DNA from: a virus
Virus record (IMG/VR): IMGVR_UViG_3300045988_115635
Coordinates: 32,001 to 96,000 of that record
Direction: 5' to 3' (one strand)
Length of the DNA: 64,000 bases
This document shows, one piece after another, positions 18,809 to 29,107 of this stretch. The position numbers and the translations under genes are program-made. The notes below the pieces were generated by a model. It saw only the letters and a list, made by a program, of their open reading frames with translations. It made no database searches and was not told the DNA's origin. Within the stretch, counting starts at the first letter, position 1, and every line of letters begins with the position of its first letter.

Positions 18809-19402
18809 CTAGTCGATGTACTTTACGTATAAGTCACCATCACGTAATTCAGATGGTAAAGATGCTAAATCAGGGTCAGCCGTACCATAGAAAATTCTGT
18901 ACATGTCTGTAATATCAGCCATCACATGAGTATGCACCTTAGCAGCAGCAGGTAGTGTCACGTCAGTTTTACCATCAATAAAAGTGTCCGCTGCGCCATC
19001 AATATGAATAGTAAAGCCTTTAAGAGAATCAGACGTTACAGCATGATCAGAATTTGGGACCCATTCGGGGGTAGGGTGGTAGTGTTGACTAGTAACGTAT
19101 CTAGTCATACCACCTTCTTTGTGATCATCTGCTCTTTGCTGCAAATAATCATCAACAAAAAATGTTGTATCGGTTGGTACAGTAGAAACAACAATATCAT
19201 CGCCATCTTTATCTACGCCTACTGTGATATTGGTATTTCCACCATTTGATACTAATTTAGCCTTTTCTATTTTATCGAAAATAGCACCTGATACAGAAAG
19301 CCTAAAATCGGCTACTTCTTGCGTGCTATCAGCTTCACCCTCCTGGGGGGTTGAAAACCCCCAGTCTCTATCCGCGCTAATTGTCTCTAAAACGTAAGCC
19401 AT
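18809..19402 (-). CDS. hypothetical tail/baseplate protein
   Basis: A 197-aa ORF located in the fiber cluster. Confidence 0.35.
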   Translation of the reverse strand: MAYVLETISADRDWGFSTPQEGEADSTQEVADFRLSVSGAIFDKIEKAKLVSNGGNTNITVGVDKDGDDIVVSTVPTDTTFFVDDYLQQRADDHKEGGMTRYVTSQHYHPTPEWVPNSDHAVTSDSLKGFTIHIDGAADTFIDGKTDVTLPAAAKVHTHVMADITDMYRIFYGTADPDLASLPSELRDGDLYVKYID

Positions 19403-19414
19403 TCTAGCTCTCCT

Positions 19415-22400
19415 TTAGTAAGTGCCATTGTTATAAGTTCTAGTGTTGTAAATGTTGTCTATATTCTCGCACTCTGTACCGTCAATCCATACCTCCATGT
19501 TTCGACCACGCTTATTTTCAGCGTCAATTTGCGTAGGAGTTTGATATATTGACCTTTCACCTTGTGCGCTCCACTGAATCAAAACAAAAGACTTTACACC
19601 TTCATTAAAATCAGCGTGAGTGATAAATGAATTCAAAAAGCCGTCTGGTTCTTGAATCACTACATATAATTGCTGCTCGTAGGTGTAAACGCTCAAACGC
19701 CTTGTTTCATCTTGATAGTCAAGAATATAGCGTTCTGAAGCCGTACCACGCTGCCCCTCTGGTACTTTGTCTAAGTCAGTATCAGGCGTGTATTCAAATG
19801 TAATAAAGCCTGCACCCGCATCAATTCTGAATGCTGTACTCATTTCTAACCATGCATCAGCATTAGCAATATGCGCACCCTTGCCCGTCTCATAAGTAAT
19901 AGAGCCTGACGGGTCGTGTTCTGTCATTTCGTAACAAGGCAACTCTACAGGCTTAAATACAGCGTGATAATCTCTCATTGGCTCACGTGATTCATTTGCA
20001 TAGCCAAAATAGAAGTAATAAGCACCAACAAAAGCATTGATGTCATAGTCATAATATCCATCAGCACTAGCACCTTCAGGAATATCATCTTGAATTCTGA
20101 ACCATACTTCCATATTGTCGGTAATGTCACAGTCAATTTCTTGACACTGTACGCCGTTGTAGTAAATACACCTAAAGTCTTTTAAGTCTTCACGAACCAT
20201 TGGCGTTGATTGATTTCGTAAAGTGTCAAAATCAATGTTAGGGACAAACACCGTGGTACCAGCAGGGACAAAACCATCAATAGGAATTCTCACACGGTAG
20301 TCATAAGCATTTGACCACCACATACCGCCTACTTGTGGTGTGAAGGTATTGCCGATTGTTACCCACTTGCCACCTTCAACTTCATATTTAGTATTAAATA
20401 CTTCTTCTTCTGAAAGGTCCAAACATTGTAAATACCAAGTTCTAGGCTCAACGCTGAAAACATCAACCTGAATAGATGCAATAGATTGTGAGCGTACTAA
20501 CTTGCTTTCAGATGATATGCCACTATCTCCACTAGAAAGATTTGCATGCAATACCGTACCAGAAACGCCAAATTCGGTAGATTCTACCTCCGAATTCATT
20601 GCGCCCCATTCCTGAATCATGTCTGACGGATAGTCAAACACTTCTCTAGGCTCGCGTTGATTTACAGCAAAGTCGAAAGTCTTAAAAGCAATAACACTAT
20701 TGAGGTTAATGAACTCTAATGAGTTCATTAATTCCATAGTTGGGACCATGCGCTCGTCATTGGTAAGTTCGAAACCTGTATTTTTCTCTACTACAGATTC
20801 ATCAGCCACAAATGCCACGAATTCGCTATCTGGTTCAATAATCGCACGAACACCTGAAATACCAAAAGAAATGTCTTTTATAGCTACAACATAGGCAAGA
20901 TCATTTGATCTCATATTTTGCTGTATCTTGTATTCGTGTTGACCCTCTTCGTAAAACCTCATATTTAACACTGTGCCACTTACTGGGGGTCTAGCACTAG
21001 AAGGTAACTGGTTTTCATAACGCATGCTATCGCCCAGAATAGAAGCAATAGCACCATTGTCAGTAAAACGCCAAGAATCAGGCGTTACCAAAATAGGCAA
21101 ATATAGCGGGTTATTTGTCTGTGAAATAGTATCAGCAATAGTTCTTTTTTGTTCTATTTGCTGATAGATATTAGAAGTGCCAATAGTGTCATATACGCCT
21201 AAATTATTTTCATAAATAGGCGTATCTTGTGTAGACAATAACTGTCTGTACAATTCCATTGAATACGTGCTTGCAGGCTGATTATCAAAGTAGTGTTTAA
21301 TTTCGTAAGGATAATCTCGCTCAAAAACACTAATATCATCGTCAATTACTGTATATGGAATTGAGCTTAATGTTGTGAATTCAAGTTTAATAAACTTTAC
21401 CTTACGCAAGGGCAAGGAATACTTAACACTTTGCAGCGTATAAACACTTGGATATGGTTTCCAACTTGCAGTTGCAGGGTCACTATCTTCAGTAGAATAA
21501 ACATTCATCTGACAGCCGCCCCATACAGCACTTATTGTCATATTGTTTACTCTTTGAGCGTTTCCGTCACCATCTCGCAAGTCAAAGATTAAGTATTCAA
21601 CGGATTCTTGAAGCGTGTTAGGCTGTGAACACCAAAAAGTAGAAGAATCTGCATCTAACAAGCATTCTTCATTACGCTCATAAAATTCAGTCTCTACTTT
21701 ATTACCGAACGGGTCCTCAAATGTTGCGTCTACATAATCCTCTTTTCTTTTGATGTCATAATGCAAAGCAAAATTGCTCATATCAATAGAATATGGAAAA
21801 TCTTGCTCTTTTAATGCACCGTCTGACAGTGTTTTGTAGTAAGGAACGTCCAAGCGGTTAAAAACAAGTCTAAAGCCATATGCTTGCGCCAAATTAAATT
21901 TAAAAGAAACGCTAAACATGTCACCCGTAGTGCTTGCGCCGCTCCAGGTTCTGCAAGTATAAGAAAGCTGTGTGCCATATTCATTTGTGATTCTTTCCCA
22001 GGTTTCCTCTGTGTCAGACAAAAGAACGTAAGGAATAATCTCAACAGGCTTCTTAGAAATGTCGAAAGTAAGCTTGTTTACAGGAATACCCTTATCAAGC
22101 CTTACTTCAAACCATTCTGTAGGCTTATCATCGGGGTATGCTTCATCGCTAGACCACATTCGCGAACTTCTAGCCTGCTCATTAAACTTTTCGTTTACTA
22201 GCGGGGTGTAGTCAATAGGATAGGACCAATCAGCCATACCGTCTGACCCAAAATAAGAAGCAGAATACAGTTTAGAAGAAACATCAGAAACAGCGTTTGC
22301 AGCCTTTTGTAAGTCGGTTCTATTATCCATGTCGAGATAATAGAAAGCACCTGAATGTCTTACGTCAAAATTTCCGATGTGTTCACTTGATGCCGAAACA

Positions 22401-23287
22401 TCATTAATCAAATACGTAAAGTCAAAAGCTTCTTCTTGATGATTTACCAAAGACTGCGTAGGTGCTTCACGTCTTTCATTTGGTGATACCCACAAATTAA
22501 GATCATCGTCTACGTCATATTCCCAGTCTGGTCTACCAGTTACATAACGCTTTACCTGCCAAAGGTTAGAAGATGATTCTACCCCTCTCGGTTCTACCGT
22601 TACATCTTCTTTGGTTTCAAGAATAAGCTTATCGAAAAATTCATCACGCTGTACGACAGTCATTATCGCGTCTTGCGGTCTGATATTTTTGGTTACTTTA
22701 TTGATGTTATAACGGTCTGCTTCAGTAACTTCAGCATCATCTACTACAACAATGTATTCGTTGTAATTTGCTTGTTCGTAGTAACCAGGCGTTAAAGCTG
22801 CCTGGTCCCCATCAGCCACATTTACGCCCTCGTAAAATTTCCAAGCTTCTAATACATTGCAAGGTTTAGCACACGCGCTTTCTGCTGCTAATTGGATACC
22901 GTAAGCGGTACCACCATACTGAAAAGCAAGCATGTATTTATAAATACGCGCCCTATACATTGAGTCTTTTGCTTCTACCTCATCCATCTGCTCACCCGTG
23001 AGCAAATTAGACTTAGGGTTATAAGAATAGCTTTCAGATTCTAAACGTCTAAAGCCAAAAGCGCGCCCGTATAATTCGTCTAAGTCCCCATAGTGAGTTT
23101 CTTCAAGGTTAGTTTGTAGACGTTTGAGCATGAGTTGGTTTCTAGCAGCACCAGCCCCAGCACCGCCACAGACAGCGTCCATGATTCTCACCATGTGACT
23201 TGATCTGTCTTTACTATATATTTCTTCTGGTAAGCCTGATAAATAGACTTCCCTGTTAGTTGGTCTTAGCTTGTTTACGCTACCCAT
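19415..23287 (-). CDS. large baseplate / tail fiber structural protein (1290 aa)
   Basis: Its size and position downstream of the baseplate J-like gene suggest this role. No catalytic motif was recognised. Confidence 0.4.
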   Translation of the reverse strand: MGSVNKLRPTNREVYLSGLPEEIYSKDRSSHMVRIMDAVCGGAGAGAARNQLMLKRLQTNLEETHYGDLDELYGRAFGFRRLESESYSYNPKSNLLTGEQMDEVEAKDSMYRARIYKYMLAFQYGGTAYGIQLAAESACAKPCNVLEAWKFYEGVNVADGDQAALTPGYYEQANYNEYIVVVDDAEVTEADRYNINKVTKNIRPQDAIMTVVQRDEFFDKLILETKEDVTVEPRGVESSSNLWQVKRYVTGRPDWEYDVDDDLNLWVSPNERREAPTQSLVNHQEEAFDFTYLINDVSASSEHIGNFDVRHSGAFYYLDMDNRTDLQKAANAVSDVSSKLYSASYFGSDGMADWSYPIDYTPLVNEKFNEQARSSRMWSSDEAYPDDKPTEWFEVRLDKGIPVNKLTFDISKKPVEIIPYVLLSDTEETWERITNEYGTQLSYTCRTWSGASTTGDMFSVSFKFNLAQAYGFRLVFNRLDVPYYKTLSDGALKEQDFPYSIDMSNFALHYDIKRKEDYVDATFEDPFGNKVETEFYERNEECLLDADSSTFWCSQPNTLQESVEYLIFDLRDGDGNAQRVNNMTISAVWGGCQMNVYSTEDSDPATASWKPYPSVYTLQSVKYSLPLRKVKFIKLEFTTLSSIPYTVIDDDISVFERDYPYEIKHYFDNQPASTYSMELYRQLLSTQDTPIYENNLGVYDTIGTSNIYQQIEQKRTIADTISQTNNPLYLPILVTPDSWRFTDNGAIASILGDSMRYENQLPSSARPPVSGTVLNMRFYEEGQHEYKIQQNMRSNDLAYVVAIKDISFGISGVRAIIEPDSEFVAFVADESVVEKNTGFELTNDERMVPTMELMNSLEFINLNSVIAFKTFDFAVNQREPREVFDYPSDMIQEWGAMNSEVESTEFGVSGTVLHANLSSGDSGISSESKLVRSQSIASIQVDVFSVEPRTWYLQCLDLSEEEVFNTKYEVEGGKWVTIGNTFTPQVGGMWWSNAYDYRVRIPIDGFVPAGTTVFVPNIDFDTLRNQSTPMVREDLKDFRCIYYNGVQCQEIDCDITDNMEVWFRIQDDIPEGASADGYYDYDINAFVGAYYFYFGYANESREPMRDYHAVFKPVELPCYEMTEHDPSGSITYETGKGAHIANADAWLEMSTAFRIDAGAGFITFEYTPDTDLDKVPEGQRGTASERYILDYQDETRRLSVYTYEQQLYVVIQEPDGFLNSFITHADFNEGVKSFVLIQWSAQGERSIYQTPTQIDAENKRGRNMEVWIDGTECENIDNIYNTRTYNNGTY

Positions 23288-23290
23288 CTA

Positions 23291-25282
23291 CTACCACCCT
23301 TGCTGTGTACGTCCGTAGAATTGTACGTATTGAACGTCAAAGCACTCATCGCTTCTTAATTTAAAGTCATTAGTAAATTGAGCCGTTTGAGTTTCACCAT
23401 CTCGTGCATACTCAACAATACCGAAAGCACCGAAAGAACCTGCTCCTTGTGCAATGCTACCAGCAGCATCAGATTCTTTAGATACTCTTACGTTATCAAC
23501 ACCTGCAACGTTAGCCGCTACAGTCTCAATGTCTGAAAATTGGATTGTATAGCCAAAAGGTAAGGCGTTCGCCCAAGTAATAATAGCTTCTTCTACTGCT
23601 TGCATAATAGAATCGCGTGTATAGACGCTAAACATTAAAGTAAGGTAAATGCCAAACCTTCTACGCTTTACCTCGTGTACCAATGTATTAGCGGTAACAA
23701 CAGATTGTTTGTCTACGAGTTCCTGAACTTCTTCTGGTACTGTGTTATAAACGAACGGGATATTCAAAGGCGTTTCGTTAGTCAAACTGATATTAGTACC
23801 ATCAGGCGTGAAGGTATTCTTTTCACCTGAATAGCTACCGATAAGTTCTACAGCGTCCATCGCTCGTGAACTTCCGTCTCGCTTTTCGTAGCCAGAATCA
23901 TAAAGCATCTTAAAATGTTTACCTTCTTGCAAAATAATATCAGCACCAACATTTATCATGCCGTTATAGCTTTCTAGTACGGGCTGATAAGAAAGCGGGA
24001 TATATAAGTTATTTTCAGTTGGCAAACTTCCATCATCATGCGTCCAATTGCTTTTGTTTGCAGCAGTAATACGCTTGTTAAAGTCAATAAACTGTAAGTC
24101 AGATACTGTCTGCCCTGATTGACCATCGACAAATACCTCTACGGTCTTAATACCTCCACGATTGATATTTGATAAATAGTCATATTCGATTGTAATAAAA
24201 TCACCGATGTTCGCTGCTTTATAGGTGTAAGTAACTAATACGGTTTGACCTACATAGTCAGTAGGAAAATCAGAATCAACGGATATTTTATTTCCTGATA
24301 CTGTGTAGCCATCGGTAATAGGAACAACGCCGTCATTAGAAGTAATGCTAGAAACGCTTAAAACGTTATTTTTAGACAATTCATAAGAATTACCTCTAGC
24401 AATAGGTCCGATTAATTCTGTCGTTGATACGTCATGAAAACTAATTGATGCGTTATCAGCATCAACGTTATATTCACCTCTCGTAAAGAGTTCGTCAGTA
24501 TCAGCGTTTCGAACCCAAAAGCGGTTTGTCGTGTCTAGCATTTCAGCAACTTCATCGGTGCTAAATGTAGCCGTGTAGTTAGATTGTACGTTTACAGTTT
24601 CAGACCAGGTGCTTTCTTGCCCTACTACTGACGCTCTACTATTTGCAGTGTGAGCCAAAGCCAAACCTAAATACTGGTCCTCTGTACCAAACTCACCTCT
24701 AAAGACCGTATTTACAAATCTTTGTCTTAGTTCTTCATCGGTTTCAACGTCTCTGCCGCCTGTCATTGGTAGAGAGTTAGTAACGGAAAAATAACCTTGA
24801 TAAGAAACGGTATAAGTGACAGTATTAGCCGCTACATTTGCAGCACTACCCGCCAAAGTTGCCACTACTGGTATTTCCACCTTAGTAACACCTTTAGCCA
24901 TTTCCTGATATGAGGTAGTTTGAAAATATACTGCGTCTTGTGTAGAAGTAGCAGGCTTATAAAATTGGCTGCCATATGCGATTGTCTGAATACTATCAGC
25001 GTTATCTCTCGTAATAGTGATAGTACCTGACGCGCTTTGTGCCTGCTGCCTTGCAAAACCAAACATGCCCACAAAAGAATCTAATTCTTCACCTGAATAT
25101 GCGTCAATCGAATACAAGGTATCAGTTGTGTTTTGGTCTGCTACAAGCGTTGCTAATTCTGACGCAAAAGCAGTAATCATTTTGCGAATAGGAGTACCAA
25201 GTTGCGTAGATAACTGCGGGTCTGTAATTGCAAGCTGATTTATGATTGATTGCTCAAATTGTGCCTGTGTCGTACTAGCCAT
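23291..25282 (-). CDS. baseplate J-like protein (putative)
   Basis: A 663-aa protein immediately after the gp25/W-like gene, matching the conserved W-J order in myovirus baseplates. The call is positional. Confidence 0.4.
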   Translation of the reverse strand: MASTTQAQFEQSIINQLAITDPQLSTQLGTPIRKMITAFASELATLVADQNTTDTLYSIDAYSGEELDSFVGMFGFARQQAQSASGTITITRDNADSIQTIAYGSQFYKPATSTQDAVYFQTTSYQEMAKGVTKVEIPVVATLAGSAANVAANTVTYTVSYQGYFSVTNSLPMTGGRDVETDEELRQRFVNTVFRGEFGTEDQYLGLALAHTANSRASVVGQESTWSETVNVQSNYTATFSTDEVAEMLDTTNRFWVRNADTDELFTRGEYNVDADNASISFHDVSTTELIGPIARGNSYELSKNNVLSVSSITSNDGVVPITDGYTVSGNKISVDSDFPTDYVGQTVLVTYTYKAANIGDFITIEYDYLSNINRGGIKTVEVFVDGQSGQTVSDLQFIDFNKRITAANKSNWTHDDGSLPTENNLYIPLSYQPVLESYNGMINVGADIILQEGKHFKMLYDSGYEKRDGSSRAMDAVELIGSYSGEKNTFTPDGTNISLTNETPLNIPFVYNTVPEEVQELVDKQSVVTANTLVHEVKRRRFGIYLTLMFSVYTRDSIMQAVEEAIITWANALPFGYTIQFSDIETVAANVAGVDNVRVSKESDAAGSIAQGAGSFGAFGIVEYARDGETQTAQFTNDFKLRSDECFDVQYVQFYGRTQQGW

Positions 25283-25296
25283 GTATGATCTCCTAC

Positions 25297-25734
25297 TTAA
25301 ATAGTCTGTTCTACGGTTACTTCTGTATCAGCAGCCGTACTTAGACTAACAATAACTCTAACGTCTGTTTCGGTTTGACTTACGTTTATGCTTGAAATAG
25401 AAGTTACAATGTCGTAATCGGTCCAACATTGCAAAAATTCCTCATTGCTCATTGATTGCTTATCTTGTGCAATTCTTTCGTTTTGAGCAGCAATGTAGTT
25501 ATTTACAACTCGCGTAACTTCAGTACGTATAGCCATTAAGTTATCTTCAAAAGCAGGTGCGCCAATATAAGTCCAAAGATCAGCACCGAATTTAGGATAT
25601 ACGGGGTCGGTTCCTAATGGTTCTAATAGCCACAAAGCTAATTCTTGCTTTATTCGCTCTGTGCCTTCCACCATAACGATTTTCCCGTCTCCACCCACGG
25701 AAATATCACCATCTATAACACGCATGCATTTCAT
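25297..25734 (-). CDS. baseplate wedge protein gp25 / GpW family
   Basis: A 145-aa protein with a core IVMVEGTERIKQELALWLLEPLGTDPVYPKFGADL resembling the GPW/gp25 signature. Confidence 0.55.
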   Translation of the reverse strand: MKCMRVIDGDISVGGDGKIVMVEGTERIKQELALWLLEPLGTDPVYPKFGADLWTYIGAPAFEDNLMAIRTEVTRVVNNYIAAQNERIAQDKQSMSNEEFLQCWTDYDIVTSISSINVSQTETDVRVIVSLSTAADTEVTVEQTI

Positions 25735-25805
25735 GTATTGCCCTGCTTTCTTTCGTCTGGTTTTATTTTAGCAGCAGGGCAAATATAAAGACACTTAGAA
25801 CAAGG

Positions 25806-27704
25806 CTATGATTCTCTTGATATTGAGTATAGAAATAGTTCGCTTGCTAACTCTCCAAACATACTTTCTTTTTCAATATCCATAGCCATATAAACATGTC
25901 TGTCTTTAATCATAATAGGTGCTTGTACTTCGATATTAATAGCACCGTCACTGCTCTGTGTTTGATCATAACCTGTAGCTATCGTATTGTTTAATGCTGT
26001 AGCGTACCCTGTAACACCAAGGTCAATATAAAAGGACCTATCATGATCTTCAATATAGCCTGCTTTTACCGTGAGAGAGTAAATATACTCTCGTGTCTCT
26101 GTAGCGCTTTCTCCAAATAAATCTAAAAATGGATATGTTCTAGTGCTAGTAGTATCATCGACTAAATAGCCACATCGACCAATTAAGCAAAGATAACGCC
26201 CACCATCATTTACTATATTTGTAACTGCGTTTATAGTATCGTCTGTCATATTAGACACCATAAACAAGCAAGTAGCAGCGTTACGATTATATTTTTCTTC
26301 TAGGCTCAAATCATCATCAAATAAGATGCGTAGCCTATGGCTAGTTTTATCAACAATTAGTGATGCCATTGAGTACCATGATTCCATATAGTCAATGTTT
26401 GCTTCGCTTTGCCAGTGACTAGCGTTTAATGATTGCATGGACAAAACTAAGCCATCATAGTCGCTGTTATTTACATTAGTAATTCTATATTTATCCATTG
26501 CGCGCCAAAGTTCTTCTGTAACTTCATCAGATAAAACTTTGTAATCATCATAATCACCAACAATAACTTGATTTGCTCCATATTTAGCAAGGATAGAAAA
26601 CATGCCATAAGGCTGTGTAATATCTGGTACAGATAAATCAAAAATAGGCTTACATTGCTCACCTAAGCGGCAACAGATAGCTACGCATGCTTCAAAACTT
26701 CTTAATTCACTTTGGGGGTCTGCACTGTGTTGATAAGCAATAGGCATACCAGCATAAGACCAGCCATAGCCGCCGAAACTAGAATCAATACCACTTCTTG
26801 CATACCCTAAGCCGTCAGAATCTACTAGACAATATGCATAATCAGGAACGATAGCTATTAAGCCTGTAATGCCTATCTTATCCTTGATAGCTTGACACAA
26901 TAAACGTTGTTCTTGTGATAAAAATTCACGCCATAATAAATAATTATCATCAATGCCGTTTACTATATAATTATCGCTAGGCATGATTCTATTTTGAGAA
27001 TAAAAGTTTTTATCAGCTATAGGATTTCTGTCATATGCAAGACCAGCTAGACCGATACCATCTAAGCAATAGCTTGTGATGTCGCTACCATACTTCAATC
27101 TAAGTTCATCTATTAAAGCTACGATAGCGTCTTTTGCTCCACTTGCAGACCACTTACGCGAACGTACACCTGTGTTGGTCTGTTGCTGGTAGGTAGCAAA
27201 ATCATCATTGGTTGTGTCGCTCCAAATTTCAGATGATAAAGCTACGGTAACAGCAACATTGTTGTTTCTAAATCTGTCTAATAGCTGCTTTAAAATTGGT
27301 TGACTTTTAAGACCGTAATTTTCACAAATATCACTGTCCCAGTAAACAAAACCATTATCAGCTACTGTTAATAAGACCTCATCAAAACCAGCAGATACAA
27401 TATCATCTACTACTGCTCGCTCTTTGCCTATACAACGCGATGCGTTAAGCCTGATAACGTAACGCATTACATTGATATTTCCATTTGTGACTTTATTCCA
27501 TAAACGCCACTTGTTAGAAGCTACCTTAGAGATAAGCCAAACTTCATTTACCTTTGGAGGGGTTTCCGTATTGGATAAGTCAAAATTTATAGTAAGCGTA
27601 CCTGCTTGTGTTTTGCAGGTGATGCCGTTTGAACCTACATTTACGATTTGTACGACCTGCATTTGGTCGCCGCTAAGACCTCTATCCATTGTTATTTCTC
27701 CCAA
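25806..27704 (-). CDS. tail-associated putative glycoside hydrolase-like (TIM-barrel, GHL-type) protein
   Basis: AVVDDIVSAGFDEVLLTVADNGFVYWDS is reminiscent of GH-like 10/114 family cores. The call is tentative. Confidence 0.3.
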   Translation of the reverse strand: MGEITMDRGLSGDQMQVVQIVNVGSNGITCKTQAGTLTINFDLSNTETPPKVNEVWLISKVASNKWRLWNKVTNGNINVMRYVIRLNASRCIGKERAVVDDIVSAGFDEVLLTVADNGFVYWDSDICENYGLKSQPILKQLLDRFRNNNVAVTVALSSEIWSDTTNDDFATYQQQTNTGVRSRKWSASGAKDAIVALIDELRLKYGSDITSYCLDGIGLAGLAYDRNPIADKNFYSQNRIMPSDNYIVNGIDDNYLLWREFLSQEQRLLCQAIKDKIGITGLIAIVPDYAYCLVDSDGLGYARSGIDSSFGGYGWSYAGMPIAYQHSADPQSELRSFEACVAICCRLGEQCKPIFDLSVPDITQPYGMFSILAKYGANQVIVGDYDDYKVLSDEVTEELWRAMDKYRITNVNNSDYDGLVLSMQSLNASHWQSEANIDYMESWYSMASLIVDKTSHRLRILFDDDLSLEEKYNRNAATCLFMVSNMTDDTINAVTNIVNDGGRYLCLIGRCGYLVDDTTSTRTYPFLDLFGESATETREYIYSLTVKAGYIEDHDRSFYIDLGVTGYATALNNTIATGYDQTQSSDGAINIEVQAPIMIKDRHVYMAMDIEKESMFGELASELFLYSISRES

Positions 27705-29107
27705 GAAACCATACCAGGAAAACGTGTATCCCCTGCTTTACATTGAGGGCATAAAAGGCTTACAGACGTTGAATAGCCACCTGCACCTGGTCCGCCGCTA
27801 TGTTGAACACCTGTTACATAACCAGACAAACCTAAACTTTTGACCTTAATTCTCATGCCGGGCCATATATTAGGCATCCATGTTATCTGAATTGTCATTT
27901 TGTACTGATTTGCCCAGTTTGTCATAAATTCATACAAGGCATAAAGAAACGGCAAAATATATTGAGGATTGCTCTCTGAACCACCTGCGTTTTCTCCACC
28001 TGCTGCTGTGTCTCCACTTGGTGATTCAATTACGTGTTGTAATTGCTTCTTAGCAGGTCTAGCACCATAGCGTCTATATAGCTCTCTAGGAGTAAATCTC
28101 CACTCTTCACCCTCGGGAATGTTAATAAGTTTCTTTAATAAAGCACTAGGTTCATCAGAAATGCTATCTTCACCAATTTCAGATAAAGCAGACGAAGCAG
28201 AAGCAGCTAGGTTACTTTCAATAGATACAACGCCTTGTGTCAACGCCCATTGCATATCTGATGTTTGCCCACTACTGCCTAAATACTGTCCGCCTACGTT
28301 TACACCTGCGCAAAATTGATGTGAAACGAATGTATCTTCTGATTGAGTAATCTTTAAGTCTATAAGTTCAATATCATCTAATAGCAAACAAGGAGTATTA
28401 CCAGATACGCCCCAGTAATCAGGATACCAAGCCATAAAGCTACCATCTGGACCAGCCATAACGGTACGCATAGAAGAATTAAAAATATCTTTGATTGTAT
28501 TCCACACGGGTTCATCGTTTGCTAAAGCGCGTTCACCTACTAAAACCTGTGAAGCCGCACTATTCATCACATTACCGAAAGAAGATGCAAAGAACCAAGC
28601 CGTAGAAGCTAGTGAGCCTGAACTTGATGATGTATCAGTACCGCCTTGTGCTTGTGCTTCTTCTACACTTGTAGCATCACCGCCGTACTGAATATCAGTA
28701 ATGCCATCTTTCGACTGAACAAATCTAGGGGTTATAAACATAAAACTGTCATTGTCAGTAGTGTTTACTGATAGACAATTTTCATTAGCTAAGTCTTTTA
28801 AGTCTCCTAGTTTGCCACTGTCTGATAGGGTAAATTCCCAAGCAATACCCCAGCCAAAATAATGGATATATTTCAAAAATTTATCATTGCCGTTGTTTGC
28901 CCAATTTTGAGCAGTCTCTTTCTTAACACGACCAGAATAGCCAAGGTTTACGGTAATACCATTATCTTTTTCGACCTTGCCAACAAACTCACGTACAGCG
29001 TTTTTAAAAGCACCCTGTAAGCCGTCTTGCCCCTCGCCTGTAGTCGTGCTTGTGTCTACGCCAGCATATTTATCATCGTCTGTAGGAACAAAGTATTTTC
29101 CTAACAT
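27692..29107 (-). CDS. baseplate / tail hub protein (hypothetical)
   Basis: A 471-aa protein located between the lysin array and the GH-like protein. Confidence 0.35.
   Translation of the reverse strand: MLGKYFVPTDDDKYAGVDTSTTTGEGQDGLQGAFKNAVREFVGKVEKDNGITVNLGYSGRVKKETAQNWANNGNDKFLKYIHYFGWGIAWEFTLSDSGKLGDLKDLANENCLSVNTTDNDSFMFITPRFVQSKDGITDIQYGGDATSVEEAQAQGGTDTSSSSGSLASTAWFFASSFGNVMNSAASQVLVGERALANDEPVWNTIKDIFNSSMRTVMAGPDGSFMAWYPDYWGVSGNTPCLLLDDIELIDLKITQSEDTFVSHQFCAGVNVGGQYLGSSGQTSDMQWALTQGVVSIESNLAASASSALSEIGEDSISDEPSALLKKLINIPEGEEWRFTPRELYRRYGARPAKKQLQHVIESPSGDTAAGGENAGGSESNPQYILPFLYALYEFMTNWANQYKMTIQITWMPNIWPGMRIKVKSLGLSGYVTGVQHSGGPGAGGYSTSVSLLCPQCKAGDTRFPGMVSWEK

Noticed and set aside
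21811-22201. Overlapping plus and minus small ORFs inside the 1290-aa baseplate/fiber gene
   Set aside because: They are alternative-frame ORFs within a long uninterrupted gene. No start signals are present and the translations are low-complexity.
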